Positions 46,727-59,582 are shown, numbered from the stretch's first letter. The stretch is DNA of 64,000 bases from an uncultured Gammaproteobacteria bacterium (GCA_964538435.1 CAZIDX010000001.1:203304-267303); one strand, 5' to 3'. Numbers and translations are program-made. The notes: generated by a model not told the origin, from the letters alone.

Positions 46727-47621
46727 TTATATTCGATGAATGTTATTTTCTTGATCAAACTCCCTTAAACGTCGGACCAACTCTTTCACCTGACTGTCAA
46801 CATTTTCAAGTTTAACATTGTTTTGCAAAAACCTTATCGCAGACATTACAAGAGTATCACTAGATTTTTCAAGATTTAATTTGCTTAACACTTCTACCTG
46901 CCTTTCACTTCCTCCATAAACCGAAACTCTATCTAAATCTCCAATAATTGTGTCCACCTCACCTGTATCTTTCGTAAGAATAAAAAAAGCACAATCATCA
47001 TCAAGATTAACCCCGTTCTCAGCTGACTTTACAGCAATCTCAAATAAACCATCTATCCATTCTTGAAAATTCTTAACTTCTTCAATTCGCTCCTGACCAA
47101 AATCCTCAACACTCTCTGTGCCTTCATTCCACACATTCACCAAAACTGTTTCGTTTGAATTTCCATTTGTCATAAGAACACGCGGTGCATTCTTTTCCAG
47201 TCTATAAGTATTAAATACCGGTATACCAATATCTTTTAGTTTTTGATGTGTTTCAACAGCACGCTTTGCTGCATTTCGCCGAATCTCAGGTCTATCTCCT
47301 AAATAGAGTCCCCTCAGAATAATCTTTAATGACACCTTTATACTCCTTTGCTCTACCCTCCTTACCCGGCACCTCAAGATCAGCTTCATAAATCGCTCCA
47401 TACTGCCCGCTTGCCAAATAACGTTCTTTTTTCACGACAACCGCCGTCCCTCCATCAGTATCAAATACAATGTTCTCTCTTTCTTTTCTTGGTTTAACAT
47501 AAACCTCTTCTTTTGTTGGGGGCTTATTAGAAACCTCAACTTCACTACCCTCCTCATTTTCATCAAAAACAACCTCAATAGCCGCTTCCTCTGGAATAAA
47601 CTTTTCTTGACCTTCGATCAT
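46727..47621 (-). pseudogene. Protein-kinase-like gene apparently split by a frameshift (ORFs 47292..47621 and 46727..47401 overlap by 110 nt)
   Basis: The upstream piece has a Gly-rich loop LASGQYGAIYEA and a VIK lysine. The downstream piece has …LDDDCAFFIL…GDLDRV (catalytic/DFG-like). Confidence 0.35.
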
Positions 47622-47656
47622 AAAACAATATCAAAGCCTTATTAAATAATACTACC

Positions 47657-48412
47657 TTACAAAAATCTCCACATCGCATCAAACACCATCTGCTGAGTCG
47701 TGGCAATCGCCTCGTCTTCAATAATCACCCCAAACAACTCCCTCCGCTCATCAACAGACACAAATGCCGTCTTTCCAGGATACATAAATACATACGACGG
47801 CGCTGCCTCATCTTCAGTAAGCCACTTACGCTCATCAAGCCCATACGTGCGTCCACCTTTCCCAATCGAGATCGTGCGAACACCCACACCTTGGCGAATC
47901 CGTTTTTTAATGAACCCTGGCCACGCACTTGCAATCAAACCACGAACACCTTCAGAAGAATAAATCCGAAATCGTTTCTCTTCAGATGATTCACAAACCT
48001 TAAGCACATCCTCAAGAATCTCTCGAACACCACTTGATCCCTCGTAATACCTCACACTTGGTCGATGCTTGCTCCGTCCAAGGACTAGCTGCAAATCAGG
48101 GATCACCTCACGAATCTTCTCACGAGCTTCTTGCACAGCAACCTCTCGCCGCGTTGCAAGACCAGAAAGTTTTTGCGGATCCTCAGCAGTAAAATAACGA
48201 TGAGTCTTTGCATCAACATAACTCACAAGCCCAGCATCTAATAGATGCTTAAGTGCATCATACGCAGTCCCTCGATTAAGCCCTGCTTCCTCTGCAATCC
48301 TGCGAAGCGGTGCTGTTCCAAGCTCAAGCAAAGCTGTATAAACCTGCATATCTTTTTCTTTGAGGCCAATAAGCTCCAAAGTCCGTGCATTTAGTGTAAT
48401 TTTCTTCGACAT
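47657..48412 (-). CDS. TrmB-like transcriptional regulator (second copy)
   Basis: N-terminal wHTH …GTAPLRRIAEEAGLNRGTAYDALKHLLDAGLVSY…. Confidence 0.5.
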   Translation of the reverse strand: MSKKITLNARTLELIGLKEKDMQVYTALLELGTAPLRRIAEEAGLNRGTAYDALKHLLDAGLVSYVDAKTHRYFTAEDPQKLSGLATRREVAVQEAREKIREVIPDLQLVLGRSKHRPSVRYYEGSSGVREILEDVLKVCESSEEKRFRIYSSEGVRGLIASAWPGFIKKRIRQGVGVRTISIGKGGRTYGLDERKWLTEDEAAPSYVFMYPGKTAFVSVDERRELFGVIIEDEAIATTQQMVFDAMWRFL

Positions 48413-48473
48413 AAATAAGAAATAATCAAAAACACCCTTTTCTAAGGGTATTTTCTTTGCTCTTCTCTGTCAA

Positions 48474-49232
48474 CTATTTTTCGACAGTCTTTCTCTGTTT
48501 TTTCCACAGCCACACACCCCAAACCACCATTGCAATTGAAACGTATTGCGCAGGAGTCAATCCAAGATATCGCGTATCAACAATCGCGCCATCAGTTGCA
48601 CGGAAAAAGTCGAGTGCGAATCGCACAGCGCCGTACCAAATCAAGAATACGGTCGTGTAAACCCCGTATGCCACCTGTCTCTTTCTGAGCCAAAGGAACA
48701 CGAGAAACAAAACAAGTCCGTTAATCGAAAGCAGCATTCCATGATCAAGCCGCGCTCCACCTGGATACTGAACCGCAAAGAACACATCTGTAAGCGCGCC
48801 TGGATGATCATGAATCAAAAAGCATCCAATCCGACCAACAAACAAACCAAGTGGAAGCCCAAATAAGAGCGTGTCCGCATACTCTCGAACACTCACCTTC
48901 TTCTTTCTGAGGTACCAAACCCCAACCAGCGAGGCTCCCAAGAAACCACCCATCACAGAAAGACCTCCATGCCAGACATGCAGAAGCTCAATCGGATTCT
49001 CAAGATACACACCAGGATCATACACCACATGCATGAGTCTTCCACCAACCATTGCCCCCACAATAATCCAAAGCACCGCATCCCAAACAAGTTTCTCATC
49101 CTGATTTCGCTCACGAGCAAGACGCGCAGCAGCCCATGCTCCTGCAATCACACCAAGCGCTACCAAAAGACCCCACACGTGAATCGTGACAGGGCCTAAT
49201 GTTATCGATGTGAATTGAAAATACGGGATCAT
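48474..49232 (-). CDS. lgt: Prolipoprotein diacylglyceryl transferase
   Basis: Lgt signature …GRIGCFLIHDHPG… plus 7 TM. Confidence 0.8.
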   Translation of the reverse strand: MIPYFQFTSITLGPVTIHVWGLLVALGVIAGAWAAARLARERNQDEKLVWDAVLWIIVGAMVGGRLMHVVYDPGVYLENPIELLHVWHGGLSVMGGFLGASLVGVWYLRKKKVSVREYADTLLFGLPLGLFVGRIGCFLIHDHPGALTDVFFAVQYPGGARLDHGMLLSINGLVLFLVFLWLRKRQVAYGVYTTVFLIWYGAVRFALDFFRATDGAIVDTRYLGLTPAQYVSIAMVVWGVWLWKKQRKTVEK

Positions 49233-49236
49233 GTGC

Positions 49237-50685
49237 TTACAACTCAGGCATCCTCTTGTGCCAATCTGTCACAGACTGATAAAACGCTCCAGCGCGATAC
49301 AGCTGATACTCATCAAAATGCTTTGCAGCTAAATGAAGTCCTACTGGCAAATCATGAACGAACCCACAAGGAATCGACATTGCTGGCACAGATACAAGGT
49401 TTGCTGTGATCGTATAGATATCAGAAAGGTACATCGTAATCGGGTCATTAAACTTCTCTCCAAGCCCCCAAGCAACCGACGGACTTGTTGGTGTGATAAT
49501 AAGATCCACTTGCTTCAAAGCTTCATCAAAATCTTGTTTCAAGAGTGTTCGCACCTGCAAGGCCTTGCGGTAATAAGCATCATAATACCCAGCAGAAAGT
49601 GTGTAGGATCCTAGCATGATTCGACGTTGCACCTCTTTTCCAAATCCCTCTCCACGTGTTCGCTCATAAGTCTCAATCAAATTCTCGCCACACGAATGAT
49701 ACCCAAACCTAAGACCATCATAGCGACCAAGGTTTGAACTCGCCTCAGCCGGCATCACAATGTAATACGTTGCAAGCGCGTATTCTGCATGCGGCAAAGA
49801 AATCTCCTTCACTTGAGCACCTGCTTTTTCAAACTCACTCACAGCGTCCATCACAAGCTTCTTGATCCCCGAATCCATTTCATCAACAAAATACTCTTTT
49901 GGAATCCCAATTTTCAAGCCTTTTACATCCTTTCCAAGAAGCTCTGGGACTGTAGTGTCTTTTAGCTCAACTGATGTCGCATCCTGCCCATCTCTCCCCT
50001 CAATCACCTCCATCACAAGAGCAGCATCTTCCACGCTGTGAGCGAATGGTCCAATCTGATCAAAACTCGATGCTAAAGCCATGAGTCCGTAGCGAGAAAC
50101 ACGCCCGTATGTAGGTTTCAAACCTGTCACACCACACAAACTTGCAGGCTGACGAATTGATCCACCTGTATCAGAACCGAGCGCAACAGGAACAAGCCCA
50201 GCAGCCACAGCTACAGCACTTCCCCCACTTGACCCTCCAGGAACCTTCTCAAGGTCCCAAGGATTTTTTGTCGGACCGTAGTGAGACGTTTCTGTTGAAG
50301 ACCCCATAGCAAACTCGTCCATGTTCGTGCGCCCGATCAAAATCGCTCCAGCTGCCTTGAGCCGCTTTGCAACGGTTGAGTCATACGCACTCCTATGCCC
50401 CTCAAGAACCATCGATCCACCAGTTGTTTTCCAACCTTGCACAAGCATATTATCCTTGAGTGCAATTGGCACCCCTCCAAGCACACCAACATCCTCTCCA
50501 TTTGCCAAACGCTTATCGATTTCCCTTGCTTGATCCAAAGCATCTCCTGCAACTTCAATAAATGCATTGAGTTCCTTATTCTCTTCGATACGATCAAGGC
50601 AGGCCTTCACAATCTCCTCGGCTGTAGCTTTTTTGCTTGCAATTGCCTCTTTGATATCTTTTATTGTCATTGTTGATACATCCAT
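49237..50685 (-). CDS. gatA: Asp/Glu-tRNA amidotransferase subunit A
   Basis: Amidase signature [14 protein letters not shown]. Confidence 0.9.
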   Translation of the reverse strand: MDVSTMTIKDIKEAIASKKATAEEIVKACLDRIEENKELNAFIEVAGDALDQAREIDKRLANGEDVGVLGGVPIALKDNMLVQGWKTTGGSMVLEGHRSAYDSTVAKRLKAAGAILIGRTNMDEFAMGSSTETSHYGPTKNPWDLEKVPGGSSGGSAVAVAAGLVPVALGSDTGGSIRQPASLCGVTGLKPTYGRVSRYGLMALASSFDQIGPFAHSVEDAALVMEVIEGRDGQDATSVELKDTTVPELLGKDVKGLKIGIPKEYFVDEMDSGIKKLVMDAVSEFEKAGAQVKEISLPHAEYALATYYIVMPAEASSNLGRYDGLRFGYHSCGENLIETYERTRGEGFGKEVQRRIMLGSYTLSAGYYDAYYRKALQVRTLLKQDFDEALKQVDLIITPTSPSVAWGLGEKFNDPITMYLSDIYTITANLVSVPAMSIPCGFVHDLPVGLHLAAKHFDEYQLYRAGAFYQSVTDWHKRMPEL

Positions 50686-50688
50686 AAA

Positions 50689-50994
50689 CTAAACTGATCT
50701 ATTCTCAAAGACAGCCTGTACTTCAAGCAGATCATCTTGTTTATTTGAAAAGTTCTCAAGCGCCTGATTACGCACATCATCCCCGCACCCAACTTCCACA
50801 TCCTCACGCAAAACATTCTCAAGATCAGCCACATGCTGCATTTCTGCAACATCAGTTGTATCAAGCGACTGAAGCTTTTTTACGTAATCCAAAATGGAGC
50901 TGAGCTGCTCCTGATACTCTGCCACCTGCTCTTCCTCAAGATGCAACCGAGCAAGTTTCGCAATATGAATAACCTCTTCTTTTGATAATGCCAT
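50689..50994 (-). CDS. gatC: Asp/Glu-tRNA amidotransferase subunit C
   Basis: Size and position upstream of gatA. MALSKEEVIHIAKLARL…. Confidence 0.75.
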   Translation of the reverse strand: MALSKEEVIHIAKLARLHLEEEQVAEYQEQLSSILDYVKKLQSLDTTDVAEMQHVADLENVLREDVEVGCGDDVRNQALENFSNKQDDLLEVQAVFENRSV

Positions 50995-50999
50995 ACTGT

Positions 51000-52997
<1,998 letters not shown>

Positions 52998-53061
52998 CTA
53001 CAATTTTACCATTTTACAACACCTTTCTCAAATCAAGACAACAACACCAGCAACAAACCCA

Positions 53062-53099
53062 TGACTCAAAACCCTCACCATGGTGACAGTCTTGAGTCA
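53062..53099. repeat. 38-bp palindromic repeat TGACTCAAAAcCCTCACCATGGTGAcAGtcTTGAGTCA (copy 1), with a direct-repeat partner at 53589-53626
   Basis: Contains the CTCACCATGGTGA palindrome also seen at 18600-18613 and 18678-18692. Confidence 0.65.
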
Positions 53100-53567
53100 C
53101 GGCAAACGAGCGATATAAATCTTCACCCAATCATGAATATTGGCTTTTTCAACAAATCCTAAAACATCCTTGAAAACATCTCTCGTTGATTTCCACACAC
53201 TTTTTTGCACTTGCTCAAAACCTGACTGTTTCAAGAAATTTCTAAACGCGTCGCGTCCAGCTCGTGCTGTTGTGGGAAAATCATACACAACAAGACACTC
53301 CTGATCGAACCCAAGTCTCGGTCTCTCTTTCATTGTTCTTTTCAATAATTCTCGCTCCCCCTCTTGACTGAGCCTAGCAAGCATCTTACCTTCTTTCTTT
53401 TCAATCTTTATCATTTCTTTCTCTCTCAATCTTATCACTCGTTGTTTTTGTCTCCTTTTCTCTCTAGCCTCACTACAAATTCGATCCCATTCAGGATCAT
53501 ATCCTATCCCCTTCCTCATTCTCCACAATTCAAACAACTCATCCACAACTACCGCCTCATTTGCCAT
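53097..53567 (-). CDS. Hypothetical protein whose C-terminal region has a Cas2/VapD-like beta-alpha-beta pattern
   Basis: …LVVYDFPTTARAGRDAFRNFLKQSGFEQVQKSVWKS…DWVKIYIARL resembles Cas2 (VVYDI…RR..L…G.RvQ.SVFEC…vRIYRL). Start moved to MANEAVVV (after the upstream palindrome). Confidence 0.3.
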   Translation of the reverse strand: MANEAVVVDELFELWRMRKGIGYDPEWDRICSEAREKRRQKQRVIRLREKEMIKIEKKEGKMLARLSQEGERELLKRTMKERPRLGFDQECLVVYDFPTTARAGRDAFRNFLKQSGFEQVQKSVWKSTRDVFKDVLGFVEKANIHDWVKIYIARLP

Positions 53568-53840
53568 ATACCGAAGCGTTTCTGTGATTGGATCAAAACT
53601 CTCACCATGGTGAGGATTTTGAGTCAAATCACTTTTTCCTTCTTTTTGAAAAACCTTTCTTTTCGAATTATTCTTGCGTTTCATACCTCCTTTGCTTAAA
53701 CAAAAACCCTGACTGCAAACAATCTTGCATTCAGGGGGAGGGTGTATTTTCTGATTCAATGGGACCACGAACGCTCGCTATTGTCAACCCCATCCAACTG
53801 AAAAGATCGCGCCGTCTGCGCGATCTTGTGAGAAAGCCTA

Positions 53841-54518
53841 CTACTGCTTTCCCCACTCGTAGTTGAGAACCAGACCAGTCTCATCAATGGCAGTATAGAC
53901 GAGTTTACCGTCCTTGATACGAACTTGCCAGATGCTGGGCTCTCTTGCACCCCAACGAGAAACCGAAGGGAACGAACGCTCATCCCGAGAATCACCCACG
54001 AACACAGCCCATGACTCATCATGCAGACGAACGACCATGACCGGCTCATCATTCCAGATCACAGGCCCGCTTTGCGGAATCCCACCGAGCACACCATAGG
54101 TGTACACACGCCCACCATACACAATAGTATTCTGGTACTCAGTACCAACATAGCCATTCGTAGCCGCATAGAAGATCTTGCCATTTACAACGACGGGGTT
54201 GTACCAGATGGACTGAAATGGTTCCGCAAGCTCACGCCCATGACCGAACACTTGTCGCCCATCCTTATCACCACCGACGTAGAACACTTCGTTGTCGTGG
54301 ATGCCATAGACATGCAGATGATAAGTGAACAAACGACTCTTCCAGCCTCCCCACCGAATCCTGCAAGACCCAGCTCTACCATCCTCGATGCTAACCCCTT
54401 CAGCCTGAATTGCAGATGGAACCTCCCACCAACATTTGGCCTCGTCCTGAGCATATGCTGACGGCTGGACCAGCAATGTGATCATCATGAGAAGAAACAC
54501 TGAAAACACGTATCGCAT
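53841..54518 (-). CDS. Secreted hypothetical protein (signal peptide, Trp/Gly-rich repeats), higher GC
   Basis: MRYVFSVFLLMMITLLVQPSAYAQ signal peptide. Confidence 0.45.
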   Translation of the reverse strand: MRYVFSVFLLMMITLLVQPSAYAQDEAKCWWEVPSAIQAEGVSIEDGRAGSCRIRWGGWKSRLFTYHLHVYGIHDNEVFYVGGDKDGRQVFGHGRELAEPFQSIWYNPVVVNGKIFYAATNGYVGTEYQNTIVYGGRVYTYGVLGGIPQSGPVIWNDEPVMVVRLHDESWAVFVGDSRDERSFPSVSRWGAREPSIWQVRIKDGKLVYTAIDETGLVLNYEWGKQ

Positions 54519-54612
54519 GAACCCTCCCTGGTTCTTCGAGTGCGAACCTGATCATACAGGATCAAACAAAATAGTCAATCAAAAAACTCGCTTCAAAAAA
54601 CGAGTTTCTGAC

Positions 54613-55362
54613 TTAAACAAAAAGTGAAAGGTACCACTTCACCATCTCAGGCCCAACAAATATCACAATAGCAGTTGCCACAGCCAAAAATGTTCCAAAC
54701 GGAATCGGAGTCTTGCGATTCCCCTTCTTGGCCAAGATAAGAGCAGCTCCAACAATCGCACCCATGACATAAGCAAGAAACAATGCCGTTAAACCATATC
54801 CAAGCCCAAGCATAAACCCCATGAGTGCCCCCATCCTAATGTCACCTCCTCCAACCCAAGTCCCTTTTGAAACCACGAACTGAATGTGAAAAAACGCAGC
54901 AAGGACTAGTCCCCCAAGAATAAGAGTGAGTGGAGGTACAGCCCCTATCCAAAGATTGAACAAAATCGCAATAATCATTGCAGGAATCGTAAACTTATCA
55001 AGGATAAGCATCCACCGCAGATCATACACAAAAATAATGACAAGATACGTTAAAAACGTTGCGTCTCGAACAAAAATAAGGAGTGAATCTGCGTGCAAAA
55101 ACGCAAGCGCAAAGAGCAGCCCCATCACCACTTCAACCACGGGATACTGCCACGAAATTACATCTTTACAATTTCTACACCGCCCCTTCAACCGCAAATA
55201 ACTTACAATTGGAATCAAATCTTTTGCCCCAATCGGCACTTCACAAGACCTACATTTTGATCGTGCATTCACAACAGGATCCCCCTCCCTTACACGAAAA
55301 ACGGCAGCATTTACAAAGCTGCCGATACAAATTCCTAAAATGATAACAAGAATGACTTCCAT
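54613..55362 (-). CDS. pilD: Prepilin peptidase (A24 family)
   Basis: N-terminal Cys-pair zinc motif CRSC…CRNC, polytopic, conserved Asp. Confidence 0.8.
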   Translation of the reverse strand: MEVILVIILGICIGSFVNAAVFRVREGDPVVNARSKCRSCEVPIGAKDLIPIVSYLRLKGRCRNCKDVISWQYPVVEVVMGLLFALAFLHADSLLIFVRDATFLTYLVIIFVYDLRWMLILDKFTIPAMIIAILFNLWIGAVPPLTLILGGLVLAAFFHIQFVVSKGTWVGGGDIRMGALMGFMLGLGYGLTALFLAYVMGAIVGAALILAKKGNRKTPIPFGTFLAVATAIVIFVGPEMVKWYLSLFV

Positions 55363-55363
55363 G

Positions 55364-55867
55364 CTAATCCTGACAAACTCCAGCCTCCATCCCCTCAGGT
55401 GTCGCGCAATTCACCCCCGTCTGCATTCCAACACTCGCAAGACCATTCTCAAGCTCAAAGTGAATCACATAGGACTCACCTTCCTCAAGCTGGGTGTAGC
55501 AAAACGCCTGCTGCGCAGGTTCTCCACACGTAACAATGCCATCCAAACCTTTATCAAAAGCACTTGGTACAATTCTCATGAATACACTTGTGTCTCCACT
55601 GCAACTTGCTGCAAATCCACCAGACCCCAAACATGCACTCAAAGCAGAATCTCCAAGCGGAAGAAGTTCTCCGTCTGGATATTGGTTATATTCATTGAAA
55701 TGATCTTCCAGTGCTGACTGCATTTGTCGCACATTTGAAAGACGTGTTGCATCCCGCTGTTTTGATCGCGCACTGTTTACGGCCACAGCTGCAAACACGC
55801 CAATCAGGGCAATCACAGCAATCACCACAAGCAGTTCAACTAATGTAAATCCTTTTTTGTTTTTCAT
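55364..55867 (-). CDS. Type IV pilin / pseudopilin with prepilin N-terminal methylation motif
   Basis: KGFTLVELLVVIAVIALIG. Confidence 0.75.
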   Translation of the reverse strand: MKNKKGFTLVELLVVIAVIALIGVFAAVAVNSARSKQRDATRLSNVRQMQSALEDHFNEYNQYPDGELLPLGDSALSACLGSGGFAASCSGDTSVFMRIVPSAFDKGLDGIVTCGEPAQQAFCYTQLEEGESYVIHFELENGLASVGMQTGVNCATPEGMEAGVCQD

Positions 55868-55872
55868 ACATT

Positions 55873-56256
55873 CTACTCATCACGTCTCTCATCAACGAGA
55901 CGCTGAAGTTTTTTTATAGCTTCTGAAGGAAAAAAATGTCCTTTGAAAAAATACCCATCTGCTCCTACCTCCTCTGCAGCTCGAACGGTTTCTCTGTCTC
56001 CTAGCTTAGTTAGCACCGTCAACACACTTTTCATAGTCTGAGCATCAGTTCTTAACCCACTGAAAAACTCAAGCGCCTCATCAATACCATCCGGATCAAA
56101 AATCACTGCATCTGGCACACCTTTCTCCAACTGTCTGCCAGCATCCTCAATCGTCTCAGCTACACGCACCTTCCACCCAGCTTTTTCAAAGCGACTAGCA
56201 AAAACACCTGCATGATATGCATCCTCATCTACAATTAGCAGTGTTTGTTTGCTCAT
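55873..56256 (-). CDS. Response-regulator receiver-domain protein (CheY-like, stand-alone)
   Basis: LLIVDED…DAVIFD… receiver pattern. Confidence 0.65.
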   Translation of the reverse strand: MSKQTLLIVDEDAYHAGVFASRFEKAGWKVRVAETIEDAGRQLEKGVPDAVIFDPDGIDEALEFFSGLRTDAQTMKSVLTVLTKLGDRETVRAAEEVGADGYFFKGHFFPSEAIKKLQRLVDERRDE

Positions 56257-56257
56257 A

Positions 56258-57400
56258 CTAGTTCATGTCGCGCATAGCAAGCCCAATGGCAACACTCATT
56301 CGAGGCCCTATCTCTTCTAAAACGCTTTCCAGATCCTTTGGATACACAACGCGCGCCCAAGGATCACCTCGATAACAGTTAATGTTCAAAACCTCTGCCA
56401 GATATTCTGGAACACGCGGCAAATGAGATGAACCGCCCGTTAACACAATCTTATCAACCGTATCAGTCTCTGTAAGCTCCATCTTTGCAAACAACTGTAT
56501 TGCATATCGAATCTCGTTCACAAGCGGCTGCATCACAGGCTCAAGAATCTTTGGCAAACCACCAGGCAAATCAGAAACAGCTGTCCCCATCGTGCCAAGA
56601 TCACGCTTCATGCGTTCAGCCTCCATCTCAGGAAGCTGCATTTGATTCACAAGATACTGAGTCACATTATTCCCTCCCAAACCAACACTTCGCGTCACAA
56701 ACGGAACTCCCTTCTCAACAATCATGATATTCGTGCGCTCAGATCCAAAATCAATAATCATAACCGCACTGCGATCTTTTCCAATCAGAGATCGAATCAA
56801 GGCAAACGACTCCGTATCAAGTGCCTGCAAATCCACCTTCGCAGACTTGAAAACCTCAATATACTTTTGAACAAACGATTTTGCTGACCCTGTCACAAGC
56901 ACTCGAAAATGCTTATCATCTGTTTCTGATTTCTTTTCTTCAGGCTCCCCCTGCTCTTCTTTCTTTTTCTTTTTTGCTTTTGCATCCTCCTTTGCAGCCT
57001 TCTTATCCTCATCCATAAAAATCCTCTGTGTGATCATCTCTGAAAGAGGAAGTGGCGTGAGCTTTCCAAGCTCGGCATCAATAACAGCGTCACGCTGTTT
57101 TTTATCCTTCACTTTTGGAAGCGATAAAATAGTTGAAAAAACATCCGTTGTCGGAAGCGCAGACATTGCCTGCGTTGCTTTGACATTTGAAGACTTCATC
57201 ACGCTCGACAAAAGCTCACCTGTCTTTTTTGGCTGATCAAAAAATGAACCACCTGCCACTCCTGGCGGAAGTTCAGCATAACCATACGTCATGAGCTTTG
57301 CGCGACCTTTTTCCTGAGCAAGTTCAACAACCTTGATGCTGCTTGCACCAATATCCACCCCAAGAAAACTGTTTGATTTCTTACCTCCAAATAGTCCCAT
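56258..57400 (-). CDS. pilM: Type IV pilus assembly protein PilM (actin-like ATPase fold) with Lys/Glu-rich insert
   Basis: FLGVDIGASSIKVVEL… and the second actin motif …IIDFGSERTNIMIV…. Confidence 0.7.
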   Translation of the reverse strand: MGLFGGKKSNSFLGVDIGASSIKVVELAQEKGRAKLMTYGYAELPPGVAGGSFFDQPKKTGELLSSVMKSSNVKATQAMSALPTTDVFSTILSLPKVKDKKQRDAVIDAELGKLTPLPLSEMITQRIFMDEDKKAAKEDAKAKKKKKEEQGEPEEKKSETDDKHFRVLVTGSAKSFVQKYIEVFKSAKVDLQALDTESFALIRSLIGKDRSAVMIIDFGSERTNIMIVEKGVPFVTRSVGLGGNNVTQYLVNQMQLPEMEAERMKRDLGTMGTAVSDLPGGLPKILEPVMQPLVNEIRYAIQLFAKMELTETDTVDKIVLTGGSSHLPRVPEYLAEVLNINCYRGDPWARVVYPKDLESVLEEIGPRMSVAIGLAMRDMN

Positions 57401-57429
57401 ATGAACTCATTATAGCAGAAAAAACACGT

Positions 57430-57843
57430 TTAGGTATTCTCATCCAAACACTTGTTCACAAGCGCATCTGCTTCTTTATTTTGTTCTCGACGAACATGAG
57501 TGAATGTCACGCGTTCAAACTGATGCATCAAATTCTTTACCTCCAAGAACCGCTTTGCAATCTCGTGATCCTTAACTTTGTATTCTCCATTAAGTTGCTT
57601 GGTCGCAAGCTCTGAATCAAGCCTCAGCTCAACCCTCTTCACCCCAAGCTCCGCAGCTTTCTCAAGCGCAATCACAATCGCCGTATACTCTGCCTGATTA
57701 TTTGTGTCTTCACCCAAAAACTTCATCACCTCAGCAAGCACCTTACCTTCAACCTCATCCTCAAGAGCATAAATTACAGCCCCAGCCGCAGCAGGACCTG
57801 GATTCCCACGAGAGCCTCCATCAGTATAAATCCGTACGTTCAT
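57430..57843 (-). CDS. rnhA: Ribonuclease HI
   Basis: IYTDGGSRGNPGPAAAGAVI… with the conserved D/E/D residues. Confidence 0.8.
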   Translation of the reverse strand: MNVRIYTDGGSRGNPGPAAAGAVIYALEDEVEGKVLAEVMKFLGEDTNNQAEYTAIVIALEKAAELGVKRVELRLDSELATKQLNGEYKVKDHEIAKRFLEVKNLMHQFERVTFTHVRREQNKEADALVNKCLDENT

Positions 57844-57845
57844 AG

Positions 57846-59582
57846 TTATTTTGTTTTTATTAAATCAACAAGACGCAACTGAAGTTCGCGATTTCCGTTC
57901 CATTCATTAAGCGTAACCTCATAGGCCACATCGATCTCACTACCAAGCTCAAGATCTTCTGCCCAATACCCAAAACGAAACGCTATTGCATTCATTATTT
58001 TACCATCACCAGACTGAAGACGCAGCTTCAAGTGCGCTCCTTCTTTTCCTACAGCAGAGAACGACACAACACGAACCTGTTTTGTGCAAAAAATCGGCTG
58101 TTTATTTCCGCAACCAAACGGCCGAAACGCCTCGAGCGACTCGTAGAGAGACCAATCGATCTGACTAAACTCCATGCAGGCATCAATCGACAATGATGGA
58201 ATAAGCATTTCATCTGTGATTTTCTCAGCTGCAAACATCTCCATTGCCTCAACAGCTTTTTTAAACCGATCCATGCCGCTTGTTGAAAACCCACATGCCT
58301 GCGGATGCCCACCAAACTTATCCAAATACTCACTAGCCGCATGCAATGCCTGCGTCACATCAAAACCATCAACACTGCGACCAGAACCAACATACCGATC
58401 TCCATCTTTCCCCACAGCAAACACTGGCACACTAAAATCCGACAACAGCTTTCCAGCCACAAGCCCAACCAACCCAGGATTCCACCCCTCACCTGCAACA
58501 ACAATAATCCTGCGATCTCCAAGCTCTCCCACCATTTGTTTGGCTTCCTCGTACATCTTTTGAGAGGCTTTTTGTCGCTCTGTGTTTGTTTGATTGAGCC
58601 GCATAGCAAGCTCTGTAGCCTTCACCTCGTCTTCCTCAATCATCAAATTAAGTGCTTCTGTTGCATGATTCATTCGTCCAGCAGCATTCAAGCGCGGCCC
58701 AATCTGATACCCAATGGAAACCGTATCAAGTTCCCCCATCTTGGCACCAGTAATCTCAATCAATTTTTTCAAACCAACCCGCCGAGTCTTGTTGAGCACA
58801 AGAAGACCATACTTCTCGAGCACTCGATTCTCACCAACGATCGGAACAATATCTGTCACAGTCGCAATCGCCACCAAATCAAGAAGCCACTTGTTGTATC
58901 CAACCGGAAAATCCGCTCCCCGCTCTCGCGCCTCATGTATCATCGCAGCCGCAAACTTATACGCCACTCCAGTTCCACACAGCTTTTTATTCGGAAATGT
59001 CTCACCAGGCACAAGCGGATGAATCAAAATCGCCTGATCAGGTAACTCCTTTGGCATGGCGTGATGATCACAAATAATTGTATCAATCCCTAGCTCCTTT
59101 GCTCGATCAACGGCATCCTTATTGCTAATTCCACAATCCACAGTAATAACAAGACCGGTTTCCTCATGCTCTTTCAAATGCTCAATCGTTGCCACAGACA
59201 TGCCATAGCCCTCTTTTTCACGATGCGGGATATACACATTCAACTTCTGCTCATCAAACCCCATCTTCCTGCAAATATCCCGAAGCGTAGTGAGCAAAAC
59301 CGTTGAACCACAAACACCATCAGCGTCATAGTCCCCATGCACAGTGATCACCTCATTATTCTCTAGCGCATCAAATGTCCGCTTAACCCCCTCTTTCATG
59401 TGCAAAAACAAATCCGGACTGTACACATCACGACTCCAGTCCGGGCTCAAAAACACATCGATCTCCTCCTGCGTCTTCACTTCACGATTCCAAAGCATTT
59501 GCAAAACAACCGGATCTAACTCCGGGAACTGATCTTGAACATCTTTTGTGATCGGATCTGCAATGATCCATCGTTTATCCAC
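57846..59582 (-). CDS. recJ: Single-stranded-DNA-specific exonuclease RecJ
   Basis: DHH motifs (…VHGDYDADGV…, …ICDHH…) and DHHA1 (GGGHPQACG). Confidence 0.85.
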   Translation of the reverse strand: MDKRWIIADPITKDVQDQFPELDPVVLQMLWNREVKTQEEIDVFLSPDWSRDVYSPDLFLHMKEGVKRTFDALENNEVITVHGDYDADGVCGSTVLLTTLRDICRKMGFDEQKLNVYIPHREKEGYGMSVATIEHLKEHEETGLVITVDCGISNKDAVDRAKELGIDTIICDHHAMPKELPDQAILIHPLVPGETFPNKKLCGTGVAYKFAAAMIHEARERGADFPVGYNKWLLDLVAIATVTDIVPIVGENRVLEKYGLLVLNKTRRVGLKKLIEITGAKMGELDTVSIGYQIGPRLNAAGRMNHATEALNLMIEEDEVKATELAMRLNQTNTERQKASQKMYEEAKQMVGELGDRRIIVVAGEGWNPGLVGLVAGKLLSDFSVPVFAVGKDGDRYVGSGRSVDGFDVTQALHAASEYLDKFGGHPQACGFSTSGMDRFKKAVEAMEMFAAEKITDEMLIPSLSIDACMEFSQIDWSLYESLEAFRPFGCGNKQPIFCTKQVRVVSFSAVGKEGAHLKLRLQSGDGKIMNAIAFRFGYWAEDLELGSEIDVAYEVTLNEWNGNRELQLRLVDLIKTK

